Virus record (IMG/VR): IMGVR_UViG_3300028394_000035
From: a virus
DNA length: 64,000 nt
Strand: one strand, 5' to 3'
Position 1 is the stretch's first letter; each line of letters begins with the position of its first letter. The position numbers and the translations under genes were made by a program. Shown here in pieces: positions 1 through 9,540 of this stretch. The notes beneath the pieces were generated by a model, which ran no database searches, was not told where the DNA came from, and saw only the letters and a list, made by a program, of their open reading frames with translations.

Positions 1-1
1 A

Positions 2-1783
2 ATTGTAATCCCAGACGACACATATTTAACATTTGGAACTAGTAAAGATGTAAAATTAAGATATGATGAATTAACCGACGATAGATTTGAAATTGAAGGT
101 GCTGATTGGAATTTTGCAAATAATGTTGCAATTAGCATTAGCGATACTACTGCTTCAACAACTCCTACGACCGGAGCTCTTACAGTTGCTGGTGGTGTTG
201 GTTTTGCTACTCATCTAAATGTTGGTGGAAATGTAGATATTGATTTAGATTTAAATGTTGATGGTGGAGATATAACCACAAATCTAACAGCATTTAATTT
301 ACTAAATGCAAATGCAACAACAGTTAATGCCTTTGGTGCTGGTACTAGTATTGTAATTGGTGCTACGACAGGTATTGCAACCATTCGTAATGCGACTTTA
401 AGTGTTCCAAATGCGACCACACTAAATCTTGGTGCAACATCTTCTGCAACAAGTGTTAATTTTCAAAGCACTCCAAACACTTCTTTTGTTTCGATTGCCG
501 CAACTACAAATGCAACAACTACAACATCTGGTGCATTAAGAGTTGCCGGTGGTGTTGGAATTGTAAGTAATGTTTATATTGGCGGAATTTTAAATGTAAC
601 AGGAAATCAATCTGGTTCAAATTTAACACTCACAGGAAACCTTCAAGTTGATGGTAATACAACTCTAGGAAACGCCTCAGGCGATGTTGTAACCATCACA
701 GGTTCGATTAATCATACCGGACCTCTTACCAATACTGGTGGGGTTACGATTGATAATATTGGAATTAGTTCAAATGTAATTTCAACTAGATCTGGTGGCG
801 GAAATATATTATACATTGATCCATATCCTGATGGATTAAGTAATGAAGGAATGGTCGTTATTAAAGGCGATCTTCAAGTTGATGGAACCACAACTACAGT
901 AAATTCAAGTAATGTTACTGTAAATGATGCAATTCTATCACTTGGCGAAGTTACAAGTGTAAGAACCGTAGTTGCAACAGTTGCATCTGGCGTATCTACA
1001 ATTTCTTTGGATTCTGTTGTTGGTATTAATACTGGTGATATTATTACTGGTAATGCTGCTTTACCAAATAGTGGACTGACTACGATTACAGCATATAATA
1101 CATCCACAAAGATTATTACAATTACTGGAACTACAAGTTCCGGAATTAGTACAACATCACAATTAACAGTAATACACGCTTATGATACAAATACCGATAG
1201 AGGTATTTCTTTTGATTATAATACCGGTGTAGGAACTGCAAATAATAAAACAGGATTTTTTGGTTATCACGATACAACTAATAGTGGAAGTGCTGCACCA
1301 GTAAGATCTTGGACCTATGTACCAGATGCAACAAATTCAAATAATGTTATAACCGGAACCAGAGGTTATTTAGATATTAAAGGAATTTATTATCAAACTG
1401 GTGATTTTAATACTCACGGTGTTGTATTCTTTGATAATGATGGACTTCAAACTTCTACTAATAATCCATCCACAGCATCAAGCACCAGAACTTCTACTCA
1501 AATTTTAACTGCTGTTACTGAAATTAATTTATCTCTTCCATCATCTACATCAGTAACAGCTGGTGATCAAGTAACACAAGTCAATAATAGTGGGGCATAT
1601 GGTGTGGTTAAAACTACTGTTTCTGGAACAACAATTACATTAATTGGTGTCCAGGGAACATTTGACACTACAAATGATTTGAAGGTAAATGGTGCAAATA
1701 TTTCAATAATACCAGGAACAGTAACAACAATATATACAAATAAACCAATGTGGACTGATACTTTGGACGGAGGGACATTCTAA
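2..1783 (+). CDS. 5'-truncated virion structural protein (fibre/baseplate-associated type)
   Basis: The frame reads open from base 2 (IVIPDDTYLTFG...) and is in frame with the 851 ORF. Gly/Thr/Ser-rich with repeated GAL(T/R)VAGGVG motifs and a C-terminal DTLDGGTF; lies just upstream of the neck genes. Confidence 0.7.
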   Translation: MVIPDDTYLTFGTSKDVKLRYDELTDDRFEIEGADWNFANNVAISISDTTASTTPTTGALTVAGGVGFATHLNVGGNVDIDLDLNVDGGDITTNLTAFNLLNANATTVNAFGAGTSIVIGATTGIATIRNATLSVPNATTLNLGATSSATSVNFQSTPNTSFVSIAATTNATTTTSGALRVAGGVGIVSNVYIGGILNVTGNQSGSNLTLTGNLQVDGNTTLGNASGDVVTITGSINHTGPLTNTGGVTIDNIGISSNVISTRSGGGNILYIDPYPDGLSNEGMVVIKGDLQVDGTTTTVNSSNVTVNDAILSLGEVTSVRTVVATVASGVSTISLDSVVGINTGDIITGNAALPNSGLTTITAYNTSTKIITITGTTSSGISTTSQLTVIHAYDTNTDRGISFDYNTGVGTANNKTGFFGYHDTTNSGSAAPVRSWTYVPDATNSNNVITGTRGYLDIKGIYYQTGDFNTHGVVFFDNDGLQTSTNNPSTASSTRTSTQILTAVTEINLSLPSSTSVTAGDQVTQVNNSGAYGVVKTTVSGTTITLIGVQGTFDTTNDLKVNGANISIIPGTVTTIYTNKPMWTDTLDGGTF

Positions 1784-1785
1784 TT

Positions 1786-2028
1786 ATGAATAGTGAAGTT
1801 GATGTGAATATTTTAGTTAATCTGTATCATCAAAAAATTTCAGCATTAACGAATCAAAATATTTTATTAGAGGCAAAATTACAATCATTAACAAAAGATT
1901 TTGAAGATCAAAAAAATATTTTATTAACAACAAATCTTGAATTGCAACAACATAATGATGAAATATTAAAATCAAAAAGAAAAATAAAACCAGAAGATAA
2001 ATACGAAGAGGCAGGAATTCAACAATGA
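1786..2028 (+). CDS. small coiled-coil hypothetical protein upstream of gp13
   Basis: 80-aa ORF with heptad-like pattern; ATGA overlap with gp13. Confidence 0.75.
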   Translation: MNSEVDVNILVNLYHQKISALTNQNILLEAKLQSLTKDFEDQKNILLTTNLELQQHNDEILKSKRKIKPEDKYEEAGIQQ

Positions 2029-2840
2029 CTCAACCATCATCCCGTCAAGGATTAATTGATTATTCTTTAAGAAAACTTGGATATCCAGTCGTAGAAATTA
2101 ATGTAGATGATGACCAAATTGATGATTTGGTGGATGATGCAATTCAGTATTTTAATGAAAGACATTATGATGGAATTGAAAAAGTATTTTTAAAACATAA
2201 ACTATCAGAAAATGAATTAAATTCAATAAGGACAGGTGTCACCACTACAACTGCCACATCTACTGTTGGAATTGCTACTCTTTCTTATACAGAAACCAAT
2301 AATTTCATAAAACTTCCAGATCACGTAATCGGTGTAAATAACGTATTTAAAATAGATTCAAGTACAATATCAAGTGGTTTATTTAATATTAAATATCAAT
2401 TATTTCTAAACGATTTGTATTATTACGGAGCATTAGATCTTTTAAATTATGCAATGGTTAAGACATATTTGGAAGATTTAAGTAGATTAATCACACCCGA
2501 TATTCAAATTCGTTTTAATAAAAAAAATCATAGATTATATTTGGATATTGATTGGAGTCAAATGAGTCCAAATAATTATCTTATATTGGATTGTTATAGA
2601 ATGGTAAATCCCGCAGATGCATCAAGTGTTTATAATGATTGGTGGTTAAAAAAATATTTAACTGCACTAATCAAAAGGCAGTGGGGACAGAATATGATTA
2701 AATTCCAAGGCGTATTGCTTCCTGGTGGTGTGCAACTTAATGGAAGACAGCTTTTTGATGATGCAGTTAAAGAAATAGAAGAAGCAGAAAATCAACTTAA
2801 AACGGAATACGAATTGCCTCCAATGGATATGATAGGATAA
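2025..2840 (+). CDS. gp13: neck protein gp13
   Basis: LRKLGYPVVEINVDDDQIDDLVDDAIQYF and KRQWGQNMIKFQGVLLPGGVQLNG motifs; synteny. Confidence 0.95.
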   Translation: MTQPSSRQGLIDYSLRKLGYPVVEINVDDDQIDDLVDDAIQYFNERHYDGIEKVFLKHKLSENELNSIRTGVTTTTATSTVGIATLSYTETNNFIKLPDHVIGVNNVFKIDSSTISSGLFNIKYQLFLNDLYYYGALDLLNYAMVKTYLEDLSRLITPDIQIRFNKKNHRLYLDIDWSQMSPNNYLILDCYRMVNPADASSVYNDWWLKKYLTALIKRQWGQNMIKFQGVLLPGGVQLNGRQLFDDAVKEIEEAENQLKTEYELPPMDMIG

Positions 2841-2844
2841 TATT

Positions 2845-4251
2845 ATGTCTCCACTTAATCCATATTTTTTGCAGGGTTCTTCTAGTGAACAAAGATTAGT
2901 ACAAGATTTGATTAATGAACAATTGAGAATGTATGGGCAAGATGTAGTATACATTCCAAGAAATATTATCAATAAAAATACAATATTAAAGGAAATAACA
3001 TCATCAAAATTTGATGATTCATTCAGAATTGAAGCATATTTAGTCAATTATGAGGGATTTGGAGGTCAAGGAGACATTCTATCAAAATTTGGAGTAAAAA
3101 CTACTGATGAAGTTACATTTATAATTTCAAAAGAAAGGTATGAAGATTTTATTGGTCCATTTATTTCTTTAAATACACAAATTGAATTATCATCCAGACC
3201 TCAAGAGGGAGATTTGATTTATCTTCCATTAGATAATACAATTTTTGAAATCAAATATGTAGAAGGAAAAAAACCATTTTATCAATTAAATAATTTATAC
3301 GTTTACGAATTAAGATGCGAAGTGATGGATTATGAAGCAGATGATGTAATTAATACAAGTATTAATGAAGTTGACGAGTCAGTAAAAGATTTTGGATATA
3401 TCGTAAAACTTATTATGGTCGGTTTGGGCGCAACATCAACATCTGCAACTGCAGAACTTGCAGTTAATCTCGGTGGTAGTTCTGTATCAAGAATAGATTT
3501 AATTAATGATGGGACTGGTTATCTTTCTGTTCCGATTGTTGCAATAAGTACTGCTTCTTCTGGAGGTATAAATGCGACAGCAGTTGCAATAATGACGAGT
3601 CGTTCCAGTCAAACTGGAAGTTCAATTGATAAAATTTTAGTTATAAATCCAGGTATTGGATATACAATTGCACCCACTGTTAGTATTATAAGTAGTAGTG
3701 GTTCTGGAGGAATAGCAACAGCAATTATATCTTCTGGTTCTTTGGGTCCAATAAATTTAATTGATGGTGGTGTTGGTTATTCTACTGCACCTATTGTCGC
3801 AATAAGTACTGCACCTGTTGGTGGAACAAATGCAACTGCACAAGCATTTATTAATTCTTCTGGTATTGTAACTTCAATTCGTTATACTAATGCTGGGGCA
3901 GGTTATACACAGCCACCAGTAGTTACAATATCTTCACCTGTTGGTGTATCTACGGGCAATTATATATTCAACGAAATAGTAAGAGGAGTTTCAACAGGAA
4001 CTACTGCTTATGTAAATAATTGGGATTATGATACAAGAATACTTCAAGTCAAAACTTTAAATGGAAGTTTTATTCGGGGAGAATCTGTAGTTGGTATGGG
4101 AACAACAAGTGGAGGGTCAAATGCAAATTATAGAATTCTTTCAATCAATACTCAAGATGAATATGATGATTATGCAGACAATATACCAATAGAAAATGAA
4201 GCAGATGAAATTTTAGATTTTAGTGAAAGAAACCCTTTTGGGGATTATTAA
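2845..4251 (+). CDS. gp14: neck protein gp14 with an inserted repeat domain
   Basis: LNPYFLQGS..EQRLVQDLINEQLRMYG start, PQEGDLIYLP, C-terminal DFSERNPFG. Confidence 0.92.
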   Translation: MSPLNPYFLQGSSSEQRLVQDLINEQLRMYGQDVVYIPRNIINKNTILKEITSSKFDDSFRIEAYLVNYEGFGGQGDILSKFGVKTTDEVTFIISKERYEDFIGPFISLNTQIELSSRPQEGDLIYLPLDNTIFEIKYVEGKKPFYQLNNLYVYELRCEVMDYEADDVINTSINEVDESVKDFGYIVKLIMVGLGATSTSATAELAVNLGGSSVSRIDLINDGTGYLSVPIVAISTASSGGINATAVAIMTSRSSQTGSSIDKILVINPGIGYTIAPTVSIISSSGSGGIATAIISSGSLGPINLIDGGVGYSTAPIVAISTAPVGGTNATAQAFINSSGIVTSIRYTNAGAGYTQPPVVTISSPVGVSTGNYIFNEIVRGVSTGTTAYVNNWDYDTRILQVKTLNGSFIRGESVVGMGTTSGGSNANYRILSINTQDEYDDYADNIPIENEADEILDFSERNPFGDY

Positions 4252-4279
4252 ATCTAAATAATTAATAAAAGGTATTATT

Positions 4280-5332
4280 ATGTTAGGCCAATACTACTAT
4301 CACGAAATAATTCGTAAGACAATTATTGCCTTTGGTACTTTATTTAATGATATTAATATCAAACACAAAAAACAAGATGATAGCGATTTTAGCACTATAA
4401 AAGTTCCAATTGCATATGGTCCTACTGAAAAGTTTTTAGCAAGATTAGAGCAAAAACCAGATTTGAGAAAAAGAGTTGCTATAATTCTCCCAAGACTTGC
4501 ATTTGAAATGAATAGTATTCAATATGATAATAGTAGAAAAATTTCTACTATGCAAACATTTAAATCAAAAAGTCTCACAGATGATAAAGTAGTAAATAGA
4601 TTGTTTATGCCTGTTCCTTATAATTTGGGCATACAACTTTCAATTATGACTCAATATAATGATGATGCTCTTCAAATTGTAGAACAAATTCTCCCATACT
4701 TTCAGCCATCTTTTAATTTAACAATTGATTTGGTATCTTCTATAGGTGAAAAACGTGATATTCCAATAGTTCTTGGAAATATAAATTTCAAAGATAATTA
4801 CGAAAGTGGATATGACGAAAAAAGAATTATAATTTATGATTTAAATTTTACAGCAAAAACGTATCTATTTGGACCATTACCTGATTCTACTGAAGGTCTT
4901 ATCAAAAAAGTACAAGTCGATTATTATACAGACACAAACAGAAAAAATGCTTCTAGACAACTTCGTTATGTTGCTGAACCAAGAGCAATACAAGATTACA
5001 CCGATGATAATACAACTTCACTAGCAGAACATATAGATGATAAAATTACTAAATTTGATGTGAGTAATGCAGCATCACTTACTGTAAATGAATATATTGA
5101 AATTGATAATGAAGAAATGTATATTAAAGAAATATCTGGAAACACAATCACAGTTAATAGGGGACAAGATGAAACCGAAATCGTATCACATACTTCTGGT
5201 ACTGTTGTAAATATTATTAATAATGCAGATGATGCTTTAATCGAACAGGATGATGATTTTGGATTTAGTGAATATCGTTATGACTATGGTGACGGAAAAA
5301 TTTATAGTCCAACTAAAGGTATTGATGTATGA
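4280..5332 (+). CDS. gp15: tail sheath stabiliser/terminator gp15
   Basis: YYYHEIIRKTIIAFGTLFN, VPIAYGP, PVPYNL, QIVEQILPYFQP motifs. Confidence 0.93.
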   Translation: MLGQYYYHEIIRKTIIAFGTLFNDINIKHKKQDDSDFSTIKVPIAYGPTEKFLARLEQKPDLRKRVAIILPRLAFEMNSIQYDNSRKISTMQTFKSKSLTDDKVVNRLFMPVPYNLGIQLSIMTQYNDDALQIVEQILPYFQPSFNLTIDLVSSIGEKRDIPIVLGNINFKDNYESGYDEKRIIIYDLNFTAKTYLFGPLPDSTEGLIKKVQVDYYTDTNRKNASRQLRYVAEPRAIQDYTDDNTTSLAEHIDDKITKFDVSNAASLTVNEYIEIDNEEMYIKEISGNTITVNRGQDETEIVSHTSGTVVNIINNADDALIEQDDDFGFSEYRYDYGDGKIYSPTKGIDV

Positions 5333-5760
5333 AAAATAATTTTGATAAGATAGATGAGTCTTTAGAAATTAAAGCAACAATTACGGCAAAAGAAATTATT
5401 AAAGAATCAAAAAAAGAAATAAGAAGCATTCAAAGTAAAGATCACTCCGAATTAGATTATGATTATATTCGTGGGACTCTTTATAATTTAATCGAAAAAG
5501 GACAAGAAGCAGCAACAAGTCTTTTGGAACTTGCTCAAGATGGACAACAACCAAGGGCATATGAAGTTTTTGGGCAGTTGATTAAAAGTGTTGCTGATTC
5601 TACTGATAAACTAATGGATATACATCAAAAAGTAAAAGAACTTAAAAAAGAAGAAAAATCTGGACCAAAGAATGTTACAAATGCACTCTTTATTGGTTCT
5701 ACTGCAGAACTTCAAAAACTTCTTAAAAATGGTTTAAATGCAGAAGATATTTCTAAATAA
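5329..5760 (+). CDS. gp16: terminase small subunit gp16
   Basis: DYDYIRGTLYNLIEKGQEA, PRAYEV and NALFIGSTAELQKLLK motifs. Confidence 0.92.
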   Translation: MKNNFDKIDESLEIKATITAKEIIKESKKEIRSIQSKDHSELDYDYIRGTLYNLIEKGQEAATSLLELAQDGQQPRAYEVFGQLIKSVADSTDKLMDIHQKVKELKKEEKSGPKNVTNALFIGSTAELQKLLKNGLNAEDISK

Positions 5761-5778
5761 TAGAAAGCAAAAAATAAA

Positions 5779-7662
5779 ATGAAAAATAGTACTTTTAAAA
5801 ATTGGAGATTTACGACAGATATGATGATGTGTGATTATATTTTGTCCGAAGATCACGAACATTCAATGGCTAGAAGTGAAATTAAAGTAATTCAAAGTGC
5901 AATTAATAGATTGATGCAAAAATTAAAAGGTGAAGGAAATATTGAAGCCTGGGTGCAGTCAAAGATTACGAAGGCAGCAGATTATATTGATACTGCAGCA
6001 GATTATTTAGATAGTCAAGATAATAAAATAGAAGAACAAAATCAAGGACCTAGTAGTCCTGTTAAATCGTATTATCCACCTGAAGATAATCCAGGGGCAC
6101 CAATTATTATTGGACCTAATCGAGGAGCTGCAGGAATTAAATATCCAGTACGATACAAAACACCGTTAGCAACAAATACTCCAAACAAATCAAAGGTTCA
6201 AATGGCATCTTATGAACCAGAAGGTGATCAGATTGATGAGGTTTCTCTTCCAGGAACTGGTACTGTAATGGCACCGTCTGGTGGTGTACCATATGTGCAA
6301 AAAAAAGTATTAGGAGTGACTGTACCATTTAGTCAAAATATTGTATCTCCTTCTACTGGAGGTGTAAAAAAACCCAATCAATATAATCCTAATAATACCG
6401 AGTATTCTTCTACACAAGTTCAAAGATATAATGCTACTAAAAGTGCTCCTAGTGTATTGAAACCAAAAGAAGGAAATCCTGAGTTTGGATATACAAGTGT
6501 TTCTAAAACTCCAGAAAAACCACGTCCAAATTTTTTTAAAAAACCTGACATAACTTCAACTACAAAACCTGCAGAAAAACCAACACCTCCACCAACCACT
6601 GCTTCTGGTGCAATGGCTCAAGGACTTAAAGATGTACCAGTTTTAGGTGCAGTTGCTAATATTGCTAAAAAATATGATGATAAAGTTAATTATAGAAACC
6701 AACCTCCCGAAATAAGAAAACAAATGGGTCTCCAAAATTCTTATGATTTCGAAAGTGAGGTATTTGTTGAGGAAAAAAAAAATAATTGCAACGAAGAAGG
6801 TCTTCGTGATTGGTTTGGTAAGTCCAAATCAAAGGACGGAAAGTCTGGTTGGGTAAATGTAGTAACTGGCGGAACTTGTGCAAGTGATGAACCAGGAGAA
6901 GGAACTCCCAAGTGCGTTTCATCCTCAAAAAGAGCAAGTATGACTGATACAGAAAGAAAATCCGCAGCAAGAAGAAAGAAATTGGCAGATCCAGGACAAC
7001 AATCAAAATCTGGTGCAGCAAAACCAACTTATGTTGCTACTGATGTAAAGGAAGAATCGGATACAAAAACTAAAGGTAGTGGAACCAAAGATGCTTGTTA
7101 TACTAAAGTAAAATCAAGATATTCTGTCTGGCCTTCTGCCTATGCCTCGGGGGCTCTCGTAAAATGCCGTAAAGTTGGTGCTGCTAATTGGGGAACAAAA
7201 TCCGAAAGTACCAATTCGCTTGATGGTGATTGGCATACTCCAATTCGAGAAAGAGCAGATAGATATTGCCCAAAATGTGAAAAACTCGAAAGAAGAAGTG
7301 AATGCAAATACGGTTCAAGATATTGGGATATGTTTTCTTTACCAGCAGAGATAATTAGTTCAAAAAAAGATTATAATATAACAATGCCATATCCCGCAAA
7401 TGAGGAAACAAATATAGACGAAAACTATTTAAGAATACAAACTCGTGGATCTACATATACTATACTAATAAATTGGAGAGGAAAATATATAACAACTCAA
7501 ATGTTTTTCCAACAATTTACCAGACCAACAAAAACGGAAGTAACAAGAGAAATTAGAAAAGTTTATCCAAATGCAATTGTATTAGCATTTAATCCTTCAG
7601 CAAATGATCCAAACAAACCATTATTATTTACAGGAGAACCAAATGGACCCAAATCTTATTGA
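5779..7662 (+). CDS. large modular hypothetical protein (possible head-cargo polyprotein)
   Basis: 627-aa ORF between gp16 and gp17; distinct Cys/Lys-rich modules separated by low-complexity linkers ending in xxE/EE; late-promoter-like CTAAATA just upstream. Confidence 0.8.
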   Translation: MKNSTFKNWRFTTDMMMCDYILSEDHEHSMARSEIKVIQSAINRLMQKLKGEGNIEAWVQSKITKAADYIDTAADYLDSQDNKIEEQNQGPSSPVKSYYPPEDNPGAPIIIGPNRGAAGIKYPVRYKTPLATNTPNKSKVQMASYEPEGDQIDEVSLPGTGTVMAPSGGVPYVQKKVLGVTVPFSQNIVSPSTGGVKKPNQYNPNNTEYSSTQVQRYNATKSAPSVLKPKEGNPEFGYTSVSKTPEKPRPNFFKKPDITSTTKPAEKPTPPPTTASGAMAQGLKDVPVLGAVANIAKKYDDKVNYRNQPPEIRKQMGLQNSYDFESEVFVEEKKNNCNEEGLRDWFGKSKSKDGKSGWVNVVTGGTCASDEPGEGTPKCVSSSKRASMTDTERKSAARRKKLADPGQQSKSGAAKPTYVATDVKEESDTKTKGSGTKDACYTKVKSRYSVWPSAYASGALVKCRKVGAANWGTKSESTNSLDGDWHTPIRERADRYCPKCEKLERRSECKYGSRYWDMFSLPAEIISSKKDYNITMPYPANEETNIDENYLRIQTRGSTYTILINWRGKYITTQMFFQQFTRPTKTEVTREIRKVYPNAIVLAFNPSANDPNKPLLFTGEPNGPKSY

Positions 7663-7831
7663 ACTGACAAATCTAACTAAAATATTTGAATACGAAAAAA
7701 TTTCAAGGGATTTGAATGAATGTAAAGATATTGAGTCACTTAAAAACATTTGTAAGTGTTATGTGAAGTTATATTTTAAACAACAAGAGACATTAAGTTG
7801 TATTGGTTTAGGGCAGTTTAAGGGTGAATAA
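7643..7831 (+). CDS. small helical protein, possibly NblA-like
   Basis: ATG at 7643 preceded by AGGAG; 62 aa with a hydrophobic pattern loosely alignable to NblA. The function is tentative. Confidence 0.6.
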   Translation: MDPNLIELTNLTKIFEYEKISRDLNECKDIESLKNICKCYVKLYFKQQETLSCIGLGQFKGE

Positions 7832-7834
7832 ATA

Positions 7835-9484
7835 ATGAGTAACGACCAATATCTGGGTAATCCTCTATTAAAAAAGGCGAATACGCCAATAGAGTTTACC
7901 AAGGATCAAATTGAGCAATTTATAAAATGTAAAAAAGATCCTGTGTATTTTGCGAAAAACTACATAAAAATTGTTTCACTTGATCACGGTCTTGTGCCTT
8001 TTAATATGTACAAGTTTCAAGAAAAACTTATTAAGAATTTCCATGATCACAGATTTAACGTATGCAAAATGCCAAGACAGTCTGGTAAATCTACCACTGT
8101 CGTTTCTTATTTGCTTCATTACGCACTATTTAATGATAATGTCAATATTGCGATTCTTGCTAATAAAGCGTCTACTGCTAGAGACCTTCTTGGAAGACTT
8201 CAATTAGCATACGAAAACCTACCTAAATGGATGCAGCAGGGGGTTTTAATATGGAATAGGGGTTCATTAGAACTAGAGAATGGTTCAAAGATTCTTGCTG
8301 CCTCTACGTCTGCCTCTGCGGTGCGTGGTGGTTCTTATAATATCATCTTTTTGGACGAATTTGCATTCGTTCCTAACCATATTGCTGAAGATTTTTTCAG
8401 TTCTGTTTATCCTACCATATCTTCTGGACAATCTACCAAATTAATTATTGTTTCTACTCCTCACGGAATGAATCATTTTTATAAAATTTGGCATGATGCT
8501 GAAAGATCAAAAAATCAATACATTCCTACCGAAGTTCATTGGAGTGAAGTTCCTGGTAGAGATCAGGTATGGAAAAAACAAACAATAGAAAACACAAGCG
8601 AACAACAGTTTCAAGTTGAGTTTGAATGCGAGTTCTTGGGTTCTATTGGAACATTAATCAATCCATCAAAAATAAAAACTTTGGTTTATGATGAACCAAT
8701 CAAAAGAAGTGGGGGGTTAGATGTATACGAAAAACCGAAAGACGAGCATACTTATATAATGACAGTGGACGTTTCGAGAGGATTGAATAACGATTATTCG
8801 GCATTTGTTGTTTTTGATATATCAACCTTTCCTTATAAAATAGTAGCAAAATATAGGAATAATGAAATTAAACCAATGTTATTTCCAAATATAATTTTAG
8901 ATGTAGCAAAAGCATATAATAAATCATTTGTGTTAGCAGAAGTAAATGATATTGGAGAACAAGTTACGAGTATTCTTCATTTTGATTTAGAGTATGATAA
9001 TATTTTAATGTGTGCAATGAGAGGAAGAGCAGGGCAACTTGTTGGGCAAGGATTTTCTGGAAAGAAAACACAACTTGGCGTAAAGATGTCAAAAACAGTT
9101 AAAAGAGTTGGTTGTTCAAATCTAAAAACAATTATTGAAGACGATAAACTTATTTTTAATGACTATGAAATTATTAGTGAACTTACTACTTTTATTCAAA
9201 AAAATCAATCATTTGAAGCAGAAGAAGGATGCAATGATGATTTGGTAATGTGTTTAGTAATTTTTTCTTGGTTAGTTGTTCAAGATTATTTTAAAGAAAT
9301 GACAGAGAATGATGTTCGAAAAAGAATATACGAAGATCAAAAAGAACAAATAGAACAAGATATGTCTCCATTTGGATTTATTACTGATGGCCTAAATGAA
9401 GAAACTTCTTTTGTAGATAATGATGGGGACAGATGGCACACCGATGAATATGGTGATGTCTCATATATGTGGGAGTACAGATAA
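7835..9484 (+). CDS. gp17: terminase large subunit gp17
   Basis: Walker A-type PRQSGKSTT, Walker B IIFLDEFAF, nuclease motifs TVDVSRG and NDDLVM; uninterrupted. Confidence 0.98.
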   Translation: MSNDQYLGNPLLKKANTPIEFTKDQIEQFIKCKKDPVYFAKNYIKIVSLDHGLVPFNMYKFQEKLIKNFHDHRFNVCKMPRQSGKSTTVVSYLLHYALFNDNVNIAILANKASTARDLLGRLQLAYENLPKWMQQGVLIWNRGSLELENGSKILAASTSASAVRGGSYNIIFLDEFAFVPNHIAEDFFSSVYPTISSGQSTKLIIVSTPHGMNHFYKIWHDAERSKNQYIPTEVHWSEVPGRDQVWKKQTIENTSEQQFQVEFECEFLGSIGTLINPSKIKTLVYDEPIKRSGGLDVYEKPKDEHTYIMTVDVSRGLNNDYSAFVVFDISTFPYKIVAKYRNNEIKPMLFPNIILDVAKAYNKSFVLAEVNDIGEQVTSILHFDLEYDNILMCAMRGRAGQLVGQGFSGKKTQLGVKMSKTVKRVGCSNLKTIIEDDKLIFNDYEIISELTTFIQKNQSFEAEEGCNDDLVMCLVIFSWLVVQDYFKEMTENDVRKRIYEDQKEQIEQDMSPFGFITDGLNEETSFVDNDGDRWHTDEYGDVSYMWEYR

Positions 9485-9495
9485 AATTGGTAATT

Positions 9496-9503
9496 TATAA
9501 ATA
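9496..9503 (+). promoter_or_regulatory. T4-type late promoter (TATAAATA)
   Basis: Exact consensus upstream of gp18. Confidence 0.85.
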
Positions 9504-9540
9504 CTTTTAGACAAAATGAAATTTCTTCAGAGGGAAAGAC

